64,000 nucleotides of DNA from the human T2T-CHM13v2.0 reference genome, Homo sapiens: the NCBI RefSeq assembly GCF_009914755.1, contig NC_060928.1; one strand, given 5' to 3'. Positions 12,917 through 25,237 of the stretch are shown piece after piece. A program made the position numbers and the translations under genes. The notes below the pieces were generated by a model that had not been told where the DNA came from, ran no database searches, and worked only from the letters and a program-made list of their open reading frames with translations. Each line of letters opens with the position of its first letter. The first letter of the stretch is position 1.

Positions 12917-14889
12917 TAAGCCAGCTTCTAATCTGTTCCCTGCTTTACCATGGAAGCCTTTGTCCCACAGCTGGGGCTCATTTGGTTTGGATTTTCATCT
13001 ATAAATTGCTGTCAGCAAGGATCTTTGGGAGCTAATTGGTGAAAGTGACCTAACAAGGAACTCCAGAGGGAACCAGAAAGACTCAGAATTTTTATCCTTT
13101 TTCTCTTCCCCCAAGAATTTGTGTTACCCTTTGCCAAGGAACAACTAGCTTTGAAGCTTGAGTAATCTTTTTTATTTAAAAGGTAAAAACCACCTTAGAT
13201 GACATGCCATCAAACAAAACCATGTTTCTTAATCCTGTAGTAGAGAGCAAGGAGTGGCTAGTGTCTGGTATTCAAAGTCCCATTTGGACATACTTCAAAG
13301 AAAGACTCCAGGCAGAACGGCTAAAAGCTTTGCCAACACCAGGATATATACATATTTCCAGTTGCTGGGGCCTGAGCTCAGTTCCTGCATCTGAGGAGGA
13401 TAATAATTGCTGTGCTTTTCATCTTTTTTTTTTGCAGCCTATTAAATGGAGGCCACTTCACAGCAGGACACATAGGTTCACAATAATAATAGCAAAATCT
13501 GTAATGATTTGTTTTCCCTTTAGAAAGCATCTTTGCAGTAATCCTGGGACTTAACCGAAGTGCAGAAATTTAACTTGAAATAAAGGAGTCTGGGAAGAGC
13601 TCAGGTGATGGAAAAGCAAAACTGGCATCTAAGAACATCTAGGTGTAGTAGGTGTGAATTTCAGTTCACAAACTAAGGCACGCAAACATATAACTTTTAG
13701 TTTTTATGTAACAACTATTTTTTATCTCTAAACCTCCATTTTGTGAAAGAAGTGTTATTTCATCTCAGTCAATTCAGTGTCTTCAATGTCCTAATGATTC
13801 CTAAATAGCCTCTACCCAATTCTCTGAAATAGGAAGTTTCAAGGTCTCTATTATCCTGTTGGGACTTGGTCATTTGCCTCTACGGCTTGCTGTCCTGATG
13901 CACCTTGTGCCTATGTCTAGCCCTGTTGGCTCTGGCTCCGTTGACTACTTGCATGAAGAGTCTGTGAGTACAAGAACTATCAGATCATTTCACAGGGCAT
14001 GTGAGACTCACCATGTGTGTCTCAACCAGCCATTCAGCCAGTACATCCCCAAGGGTTTTGCCAACACCTTGAGGTTCTATAAGGAAGGAGTGGTTCTTTA
14101 TTTTTTGGAGATTTCATACCTTTCTTGGGCTTGGCCACATTTTAGGGGCAGAACAATTGCCCCCTCTAGACTCACTCTCATTGTTTTGTCGCCAACTGTC
14201 TTTTCTCTTTCCCTTCCCCAAGCCAGGGGGATATTTTGTACATTTCAGTTGAGACAAAGGCATTGCGGGGAACTCTACCTTCCCCAATCTCCTTGATTTG
14301 AGAAGCTCAACATTTCTTACATCCCTTGGTCTCAAACACTTGCTTATGTCAGGAGTGCTTTCTGCACCTAAAGACTTTGTCTTCGGAAACATTATCTAGG
14401 AAAATTTTTGCTGTGTTTTGCTTTCTGCTCGGTTATATTCTTCTCCTATGCCTAGGAGTATAGGCTTCCCAGGGATTGGGATGAAAGTGAGGGAGGTAGG
14501 AAGCAGAGGAGGGACAACTGAGGAGCTTGTAAGGAAAAAAATCTTATTTATTAACATTTCAGATATGATGGCACCTTAATAGCTGCTTGTTTTAGTCTTA
14601 GGACTGTGCTGGGACAATGCCCAGCAGCCATATCTCATCTTTCACTCGTAATTTAGAGACTTTCCTTATCTGTTCTCATGCCCATCCCAGTCGCTACCTC
14701 TGCCCTCCCTACCGCCCTTAAACTCTATTATCTTAAGCAGTTCTTTGGCCGCACAAGCATTACCCAGGAAGCATCATGTTCCACAATTTCTTCTTGCCTC
14801 GTGTATGGATTCCCATTCCTGAAGTCCTTTCTAACCAACCACGCAAAAGATTAGGGAAGGCTCTCCCTGTTATTCACTCTTTTGGTGCT

Positions 14890-15070
14890 CTATTGTTCTT
14901 TCTTCACATGTCACAGTAGCAATTATTTAATTTTGCTACAATTTGCTAAATATGCATCTTTCCCATCATGAAAATAGGGACTATTCTTTCTTGTTTACTA
15001 CTGTAGCCATAGCACTTGGCATATAGTAGGTATGGGATAAATAGGTATTAGCTAATGAATTAATGAATGA
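14890..15070 (+). mobile_element. L2 3' tail
   Basis: AGGGACTATT...TAGCACTTGGCATATAGTAGG...AATGAATTAATGAATGA. Confidence 0.7.
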
Positions 15071-15149
15071 TAAACTAGCTATTCATGTTGCAGGGAGTTC
15101 CCACAATGTGAACAGTAGGAACTTACCACATGAGTTCCTACTGCTTCAT

Positions 15150-15290
15150 GCACTTTCACATAAACCTTATCCATATCCTTACCCCAGTTCTCTGAAAAAA
15201 AGCTTCGTTATCCCTGTTTTGGAGCAAATATTCTGAGGGTCTAAGAGTTGGGGGAGATTGTTTCTAAGGTTATTCAGCTAATAAAAGGCA
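15150..15290 (-). mobile_element. MIR fragment (diverged)
   Basis: GCACTTTCACAT...TTATCCCTGTTTT...CTGAGG...AAGGTTATTCAGCTAATAA. Confidence 0.55.
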
Positions 15291-16999
15291 AATGTTTATT
15301 GATTCACTATTTAACATATGTTTTCCTTAGCATCTGCTTGTCTTTAAACATAATCTTACACCTTCTATGAGTGACTGATACCTCACTAGATGATACTTAC
15401 TTTTTCAAAAAGAGTCATGATTAAACCAAATGAGTCTCCAGTCAGGTTAGCGCCCAGTGGAAAGAACTTTAGGCAGATTATAGTGCCAGAGTTGGTTGGA
15501 AATCCTTCCCTACATTACTTAAATTACAATATAAAGATGTTCTTGTGTTCTGCCCCCTTTTTCCCTTTCTCCTAAGCACCAGACCTGTTCCATTTCAAAT
15601 ACAGTATTCATTTCATTTTTTAGGGCCTTTGTTTCAGAGTATGAGTCTGTGACTGTGGCTCAAGTGTCTATGCAAAACACTGAAAACAAAGCAGAAAATT
15701 CCCCTCTTCCCCCAAAAAAGAACACATTCCTATTTTTTTCTATTAGTGGTTTGTGTTATCAAATGTAAGAAACATGTGCCAAGATAAATAATTATGCAAT
15801 AAAAATATGATGGATTTTGTGACTTTAAAAGAATACATCAGGGGCAGGTTGTGGTTGGTTGGGGGAGATTAATATGGACAGGGGACTGGAAAGCAATTTG
15901 AAGGAGAGGAGGTTTACACTGGGCCTCAAAAAGTATAAAATTTCTTTATACTTTGAAGCAGGCAGGCAGATAAGAGGTGATTGCAGCAGTAATGGGCATT
16001 CCAAGAAAACCTAGTGGTTTATCCTGGCTCTAGATCTTCAATTTAGAGAACTTCCGAGAAGTACAGGCGGCCCTAGGGTCAGCTTACAAGTTGGAAAATA
16101 GCACATTCGGTTTGAGTTTCATTGAGGTTTGAATGTCTCGGGGCCAGCTTAGGTGTACCTCAAACAGAGCCAAAACTCTAGATCAGTTTCAGAGCTCTCC
16201 TGCTCTCCTGGATATGTTCCTGACCACAAGACCAGTCTCTGGGTCACAGCAGCTGAGATCGGGAAGCCCTCCCCAACAAACCCCCCACCCACTGCAGATG
16301 GAGTTAGTAATGGTCCGGGTCGAGCAACCTCGGGAACTCTTGCTTGTCCCCTGGTTGCCATCATGGCAGTGTTCACTTGGATTACAGGGCCGCCTTCCCT
16401 CCATGCTCTGGACTCCTTGAGATCAGGGTTCTGTTTTATTCTCAGTGTTGCAAGCATCCACAGTCAGCATGTGATACTTTCCTAGCACCTAGCCTAGAAG
16501 GGACCCAAGTAATTGAGTGGGAATAAAGAGACAACACTGCCAACCTCAACTTCCTGCTAGTCTTCATATAGGCAATGTATTTTTATGTAAGTTGTATACA
16601 TCTCATCTAACTCTCTGACTTAGATATTCTTATATAGCTATTTTTTAATATACTGTAATTATAATACGGTATATATCATCTTACTATTTCATAGATGAAA
16701 GGAGACTGAGTGGTTAAATGACCACAGTTGCAGGCAAATACTGTACTGTGTGCTCTTCCTTATAGAGTTAGCTTCAGCCTTATGCTTAGAAAGAGGAGCA
16801 AGTCCTGGAGAAGAATTTGATGGGACCCACAAAACTCACCCACCATTTACCGTAAAATCAGATATGCCCTTTTTTCTTTTTTGGAATTTCTCTGTTGGTT
16901 AAAGTGTCATCTTCAGAGGGCCCTTTTTAAAATTCATTTGTTTCTTGATAGTGATTACTTGATAATAAAGCTCACATGAGGTGGCTCATTTAGTTTTTC

Positions 17000-17510
<511 letters not shown>

Positions 17511-17514
17511 AAAT

Positions 17515-18397
17515 AATCATTCAATGCCATCATATATTCATTGAGGGCCTGCTCTGTGCCTGGTATTGCCATGTGGTGGGAGATAGAGCAATGCACAAAG
17601 CAGACAAGGTTCTGTCTTCATGGAGCTTGCATCCTAGAAGTGGATGCTAGGCTGTATACCAAAAAATAAATATTGTCAATCAGACAAAGTAAAGGCCATA
17701 AAGGGAATAGCTAGGCTACCCTACCCTTCAAGTCTGACTAGGTCAAGGGAAGAGGGTGGCTATGAATGGCCTGGAAGGAGGTGACATTTGAACTGACACC
17801 CATAGAATGAGAAGGTGCCACCTGTCAAACGTGTTATGGCAAGAGAATGGAGAAGACCTTGTTGCTTGCCCTTGGAGCTTGGGAAGGAGGAAGAAGCAAG
17901 ACTACGTATGTTTTAACAGGTAATGGGTAAGAGTTGGAATTTATTCTAAGTTCAGTAGGAAGAGTTTTATTCAGGGTAGTGAAGTGATCTGATTTATATT
18001 TTATAAATGTCACTCTGTTGATAAGAATGATCTGTAGCTGGTGCAGACATGAGGGTAGGAGAGTGATCAGGAGGCCATAGCATACATAGCCCTGGTCAGA
18101 GGTGATGGTGGCTGTGGCTATGTGGAGGAGGGAGTAAGGGAGGAATATTTTGGAGGTTGAGCCTACAACTTTTACTGATGGATTAGACAGGGAAAATGAG
18201 AAATGAGAAAACTGGGATGTCTTGTACATTTTTGACTTTAGTTACTGGCTGAATGTGCGATTTTGATGAGGTGGAGAAGGATTGGGAGGAACCAATATTG
18301 AAAAATGAGATGGAATTCAAGCTTTTTTGTGTGAAATATTATTTCGAGTGCCTTTAAAACATCCAAGTGGCATATTAAGGAAGCAACTGTATATGCT
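17515..18397 (-). mobile_element. L2 LINE fragment
   Basis: ATTCATTGAGGGCCTGCTCTGTGCCTGG...TCATGGAGCTTGCATCCTAG...GAGGTGACATTTGAACTGA...ACATCCAAGTGG. Confidence 0.85.
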
Positions 18398-21300
18398 ATT
18401 AGGAATTATCCGTGTTACACAGAAGCCTAATGAGATTTAATGACATCACAATAGAATCTTTATGGTTTCAACATTTCTGCTCCAGAGGAGAATTCATTTA
18501 AAAAAATATGCCTTGACACTGAAAATTCCTACTCTTATGAAAACAAATGGACTATAATTTTCACCAGTATCTCAGTAGAGCAGTAATGTTAATCCGGCAG
18601 CACACACAGGAAGCAAGCTAAGTGCAGTTGGGAGATTGCAGATGGGTGTGAGCCACAAACACACACCATTCCTGAAAGAAGTAGGGAACAACAAGGGCTG
18701 CATATTGGAGGTAAACACGGCCTCTTAGCAATAATACTGCTTAAAATATTTCTATTAAAATCTGAACCTTGAGCAAATACAAAGACTATGTTTAACAATA
18801 GGGATATAAGAATGTACCCATTCCCATGGCAGTCTGGTGTGGGACAAGAGTAGGTGATGTGTGGAAGATTAGCAGGATGTGACAATATGGAAATCATTCT
18901 CTCAGTCACACTTGACAAAGGGTTTTCACTGAGTCTTGCTGATGAGGAACTGGAAATATACATCACAACCCCCACTGTGCATCCTTTATGATCTGCTGAC
19001 TGGATTGTCGCCTAAGTCAGTTGTATAATAAAATAAATATGTATCTAATTCTAGTTTAGGTTCAATCCTTTAAGGCTCATCCATTTTTCATTTTCTTACT
19101 CACTAAGTTAAAAATAAAGAGAACTTCCAGATTTTATTAGAGCCCTCCTGGCAATTAGTGCAGTTAAGATTCTTGTCTTCAGGATGGTCAGAACTAGTTG
19201 GTAGAACCTCTCACATGATGCCAGGTTAATTCTTTCCTGGATAGGTTACAAGTTTCACTAACAGCTTGAAACATGAACACAGATGTGCAGGTCACATTTC
19301 CTGTCTAAAAGCTAACAGAGAGCAGTCCTAAGCAGTGGGATGTAGCTCCGGTGGCCTTTGTGCTGGAAAAAGGGAGATAGGCAAAGGTGTGGAGCAGTGA
19401 GCACTTCTACAAATTAAATAAAGAAAAGAAAAGGCCTAGATGGGCAGTCTCAGCTGCTACGGGATCTGAGAGCCGGCCAAAGGCACAAGGCACTGGGTGC
19501 TGGGAAGCAGAGCTGTGGGGAGTTAAGGGTCATGTAGCGGGGGAAATTCCAAAATTCATCTTTAGATTTTCAATTTTGAATATGGCTTACTCTTGCACAA
19601 AATAGATCTTTACCTCTCTTATTTGACTGGAACCAATCTATCCTCTGGAATTTGGGAACCCAACCATTCATGTCAGGCCTAAGGCTGGCCTTAGTGTTAA
19701 CTCTCCCTTAGGCCTTGCCCAAGTCACTTGCTCAGGAAGTCAAGAAGAATCATTCATCCTTGTTAGTTAATGCTTACATATCATTGTATGCTGGCCATTT
19801 TACTGACTAGGCAACTTGCTAAGAACTACATTCTCTGAGTCACTGAGGGATTAATGGAGCAAGACAGGAGATTTGGCAAATTTGGCATCCAGCAGTCTGG
19901 TTAATCTCCTGCATTTTTCAGGACACCAAGAACTGCTGGGACAATGACTAAGTCAAAAACTCATTTGCCATGGAAAATTTTACTTGGTTTCTATTATTTT
20001 ATACCACAAATCATGCTCTGCATTTAGAGTGTTCGTTTGCCTACCTATATGTCCATTAGCAAATATGAGAAAACATATCCAAAAGCCTGTTAGATGAAGA
20101 AACAAAACTGGATCCCATGTTAGGCCTTATCAAATGCATTCACAATGGCACATGAATATATATATGGTGCATATTTGGGTGTTAATGAGAAATGCACTTT
20201 TAAGTTATATGAACAAAAGAAATAGCATGGATTTATAGCATGTAACAGCTAAAGGAATGTTAGAGATGATGTAGTCAGGTGTTTCTCAAATGGTTTGTAA
20301 AGTTTAGCACATTTTCTTCAAGTGAAAGTGCATGCAGAAGCCCAAATATACTGAGCGGGTGGAGGGAGGGCTGTGCTTTTTCTTACCTTCTCTGAGACAA
20401 CGCCATAGAAATGGTGGGATTCAGCAGGCTCTTTCTGCAAATCCAGCTGACTGGCATTATTGCTAAGGAAACTGTTACCCAGATTGACCCAAAGTTATGT
20501 TGTGAACAATTTAAGTTACCACAGCTAGACCTTGGTTCTACTGACTCTTGGTCCATTGCATCACTTACTAGGAATCAGTTTTTCCACTGAAAATGTGTGT
20601 GGAATCCGTGAAGGAAGGACTATATTGTTCTTGTTATTGTTATTGCTTTTGTTTAGCTATTCCTCGCTTTCAGGAAAGAGTTAGATGATTAGAAGGAATC
20701 ACATGCTTTTATGTTTCATTCTTTTCTGGTATTTGGGAAAAATACAGCTTCATTAGATAAGGACATGAGTTTCTCCACTCTATTCCTAGGTTATCTCTTT
20801 GACCCAATTGACAATGCCACAATCCATGCTCCAGCTTCTCAGGGTCCAGCTGACCTCTTCCTTCTCCCTAGACCGCACATAGTTTGGCTGGCATCACTCA
20901 TCTGCTTCTCCTCTGTATGCCCTGTTCCCATATTTCTAGCCACAACATCCTAAATCTCATATCTCAACTGTCCCACAAGGTTTTTCAGATGCCCCACTTG
21001 GCTTTCACCCCTCTTCTGCTGTTTCTGTAGACTAGCACTTCTCAGAGCACATCTGGTTTGGTGTTATTTGGTGTCTTTCTTCTTCCTTCTCAGTTGTGAA
21101 CTCCTAAAAGAGAGCAGAAACATGTCAGATTCATAGCACTAGATAAAATTCTCATACCTGCAGTCCCCAAACTGTTAGCTGAATGTAACTGCACATGATA
21201 TATAGAAATAGTCCTACAGCCAAGTTTTTATGACGTATGCCAATGAAGGTACAGATGGGTAGCAGAGATGGGTGGTAGATGCTTTAAAAAGTAATTTTTA

Positions 21301-21739
21301 TTTTTTCATATAAAAATCTGAGATTTTGAGTATGTAGGACTTAAGAGTTATTCAGCCTGATTTTGCAGTTTCCTATAAAATTCTTCCCCATGCTTTGCTC
21401 TTTTTGGGGTATTTCATTACAATTGATACATAATATCATGATTAAAAAAATTTATTTTCTATTTTAAAGAATTAATTCCTCAAATATACTGTTTTCTGAC
21501 TCAGTTTTCCACAAAATTATGAAGGTACTTCCAGTTAACTTACTTTTTGTATATAAATGGATGCATTATATATGTATCTAACCATCTATCATCTCTATGA
21601 TATAAGATAGTGAGGAGCAGGTTTAAACATTTTTTATTTTGGTTCCTTCTTGATTATAGACTTCAGCCATCTGTGTTGTTATCCTCCTGGGATAATCTTT
21701 TAAAAGATTCTTATTTTTAACAAGACAACACATGACATT

Positions 21740-21955
21740 ATAATTAAGAGCATGCCTGGGTTTGAATCACAGTTCCACTACTCATTTGTGTAAATTAGGG
21801 CAAGTTACTTTATCCCTCTGTTTCTGTTTCCTAACTGTAAAATTGGGATGATAATAATAGTACTTACTTCCTAGGGGTGCTGTAAATACTAAATGAAGTC
21901 ATACTTAAAGTGCTTAGACCAGAACCTAGGATAAGAGAAATGCTTTATTAGTTTT
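21740..21955 (+). mobile_element. MIR SINE
   Basis: TGCCTGGGTTTGAATC...GGGCAAGTTACTT...TGTAAAATTGGGATGATAATAATAGTAC...AAAGTGCTTAG. Confidence 0.85.
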
Positions 21956-24372
21956 AGGGGCTATTCTAGAACGCTTTTTTTCATTTTCCCTCTTTTACTC
22001 CCTCCCCTACACATGCCTTTTGGTACATTCTAGAGCATTAGTTATGTGGTTAAGATGAACATGAGTAAACATAGGCATGTACAGCTCTGAGACATATTTC
22101 TGTAGGGTAGATGCTAATGTCAATGTAAGTGCTCTTGTAGCAAGGTTGCTGTTAAAGAGTAAATGGTCCTGCTCATAACTGAGAGTAGAATATGTGGAGG
22201 GATAATTAGAAGTATAGTCACTGCATTAAAAAAATTCAGATAATATAGCATGGGCTTTTACCATAGGCAACTTTGGTATATTATTAAGGTCTGAACAGAG
22301 CTGCATATTTTGAAAAGCCATTTTAGACTGAGGAGTTTGCTGATGTTAAAGAAGTGCAAATATATTCAATCAATCGGTGAATGGTGGGGAGAAGTGTCTG
22401 CCTAATATTGAATTCCTTCAGATTATTATTATTTACAGGTCTTTGGGAAACAAGGCTGCTTGCATGCACTGAGTTGCTTTTAATGATCCCCTTGCCTGCC
22501 ATCAGTCTGCATAATAAAACTAGCCTTTGTGGGCATTTTTCCTGAGTTTTGAAACTCTGCAGGTTTTTTCTTTACCCTCTTTACATTTCTAAAGCATATG
22601 TGTTTAGTAGAGAAAGACTCCAAGTTGTGCTCACTGTGCTTGATTGGACACGTAGTTTTTCTGCTTTGGGTTTTAAATAGATTTGCAGATTTAGGAATCT
22701 GCAGAGGTAAAGCTGCCCAAGCCTTCCTGAATGGACTACCCACTCCTGTAGCCAGATAATTCAGCACCCACCAGCACTTTACAGTTATGTTTTCCATGCT
22801 TATTCAGATGCAAATCCCAAACCATATGTTTACCTTTATGTTTAACATCATTATTTACAGCAAAAAAATTATAAATCCTTCATTCATATGAACTCTAGTA
22901 GGCAAGAAAAGGGTAACAGGAAATGGGATTTATATATGTATATAATTATTTTTGACCCATAAAAGTTGTGGGATGGCTAAGGAGCTTGGCCAAGTAGTTG
23001 TATGGAAAAGTACAGGCTAATGCCAAATACCTAAATAAAAGCTAAAGAACTCATAAAAGTGTTCAGACAGTCTGTCTCCATAATATCAGACAGCCAGATA
23101 TATGAAAATATTTGCATAATGAACGAAGTTTTTCTAGATTTTTTTTCTGATTGCGATGCATTCAGAGGTCCACCTGACTCTAAATTATTAAGTTAGTTCT
23201 TGGTGTCTCTAGTGCTACCTTCTGTGTATGTGACCCAAAATGGTATTAGAGGGTTAGAGGCTGACCTAATACAGTTATTGCCCTAGGTGGTCTCTACTTA
23301 TCTAGGCATGATACCACCTTGAGGAAAGGATCCCTTAGTGATCTACTAAGTTAATTCATCTCTAAGGGAAACAATTGCCCCAAAGATTAGTTTAATAACA
23401 ATGGCTCTGGGAATGTTGTAAAAACATCTAGGAGAATTTGGTTTTGTTTCTAGAAGAAATCAAGACAAATCTTATGTCGTGCTGTCTAGAGTTACTATTA
23501 AGCATGGCCATCTGTGTATTTCTGAATCTATCTAAACTTTAGTTCTTTGGTTATGAATGTGTGCATGACAATATCATTTTGGAGTTAGGAGGTTAATAAG
23601 AAAATCTGTGTTTAAATGTCTACTCCAGGACCTGACACATAGTAAGTATTCAGTAAGTGGTAATTGTAGGGTAGTACCAAATACTTAGGCTATTGACAAA
23701 AGGCTGGAGTTGTGTAGAGTAGCTGTACTCAATCATACGATAGCTGCAGCATAAGTGTTAGATGCTTTTCTCTCCCATTACTGAGTAAAATTTTATTTTT
23801 AATAACTGAGACTTGAGGATGCTCCATTCTGCAGAGTCTTCAGCTGAGAATGCTTGTCTAAAGCACTCTCTCCTTAAGGGAGCTCAGGTTCACAGCTGAT
23901 AGCCCTTCGATTTGTCTCTGTTGTCTAAAGACATTTCCTTCTCTGTTTTCTTTCTTTTTCTCCCCTAAATGAGGTTAAGATAAATGATGCAATAGAATGG
24001 GAAATAATCATTGAGGATTATGCTTACTACTGCAAGATCTGATTTCAAAATTGCTTAGGACTTTGAGGAATTTTAAAAATTCTAAGTAGTTTTCATCTAT
24101 TAATTTTTTTCTGTTTAAATTAATTACCAGGGGAGTGAACACCATATAGAGATAGGTTACTTGCAGCTGTATTAATTCAGCACCATGTACTACCGTGTTC
24201 AGAACATTGGTGGATATATTGCTAGGAAACAGACACAACTGTGGGATGAAATGAGTTAGGAATGACTTAAATTATAGACTTCTGAGCACTGATCCTGTGA
24301 ACACTGATAAAAGGGTGAGAACTTGGGTTCTGAGTTCTCTTTTTTACTCCTTTACTATGAGGTATGGAAGAG

Positions 24373-25237
24373 TGTCTTGACTAGGGTCCAGTCTTGAGAT
24401 AGAAACCATACCTTTTTTCAATATTATGAATTGTTAATTTTAAATTAAAGAACTGAAAATGGCAAAAAGGTACATTGCCATGTCTTGGAGGTAGTCTGGG
24501 TCAGCAGGGCCGGTTTCATGGGTTTGCGGCCCCTGCATTTGCACAGGTTCCTTGTTGAGATGGGCTGTATGCTTCGTCTAATGCTCTGCTGTTGCCATCT
24601 TAAAATTTTTAATAATTTTTGAACAAGGAGCACACATTTTTGTTTTTCACTGGGTTCTGCAAATGATGTGGTTGGTGACACCTGTAGGAGGCAGCTAGCA
24701 CCTTAAGGGTGGGAGAATAAAGGGGAAAAATTGAGATAATTAGACAGGGAGTCTTGGAGAAAGGGCCTCCCAAGTGTAGATGCCGCCTGGTGTTGGTGTC
24801 TCCGAGGTTAGAGGAGGGGGCCTTGTGCAGCTGGGGCACAGACATCTGAGAATGGGTACTGGTCGGCTGGTGTTGGAGCCTTGGGAGGGGCATGACGTAC
24901 TTGTTCTAGAATCTGTGAAGTGACACCATGAGGCTGGTTCTGTGAATGCTAGAACTTCAGACTTCTGCCACTGGAGGGAACTGCTGTTGCTGGGCTGAAG
25001 AAGTATTGCTAGGTGAGCCAAAGGCAAAGAGGAACAGGAAACAAATGAAATCCAGGAAGCAGAGAAGTAGGAGCAGATGCTTTCTTCCTCCTCCAGCCTT
25101 CACCTTTCCCCTATTGCCTATTGGTAAAGTCTAATGGAACCAGCTGTCAAAGCAGAACTGTGGGCTGTAGGGCCCCAGCCTCAGAAACACAAGATATAGA
25201 AAGGTGTGTTGGAAGCAAGAGCTTAATAATCCCCACA
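24373..25237 (-). mobile_element. ERVL solo LTR (LTR41-like) interrupted by MER45A
   Basis: TGTCTTGACTAGGGTCCAGTC..GAGATAGAAACCA start; ...CCTATTGG...CCAGCTGTCAAAG...TATAGAAAGGTGTGTTGG...GCTTAATAATCCCCACA end; subfamily from recalled consensus. Confidence 0.65.
24505..24680 (+). mobile_element. MER45A (hAT-Tip100) DNA transposon
   Basis: CAGGGCCGGTTTCATGGG...TAATGCTCTGCTGTTGCCATCTTAAAATTTTTAATAATTTTTGAACAAGG. Confidence 0.85.

Noticed and set aside
15930-15954. 10-bp AT-rich hairpin AAAGTATAAA-N5-TTTATACTTT
   Set aside because: Low complexity, weak pairing, too short for a pre-miRNA or MITE
16133-16526. GC-richer patch with several overlapping ORFs
   Set aside because: No recognisable protein, not a CpG island, and the 3' part looks like an L2 tail
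20250-20570. Possible hAT fragment nested in a MIR
   Set aside because: Too diverged to assign family or ends by eye
22641-22653. ERSE-II-like ATTGGACACGT
   Set aside because: One base short of ATTGG-N-CCACG and no promoter context
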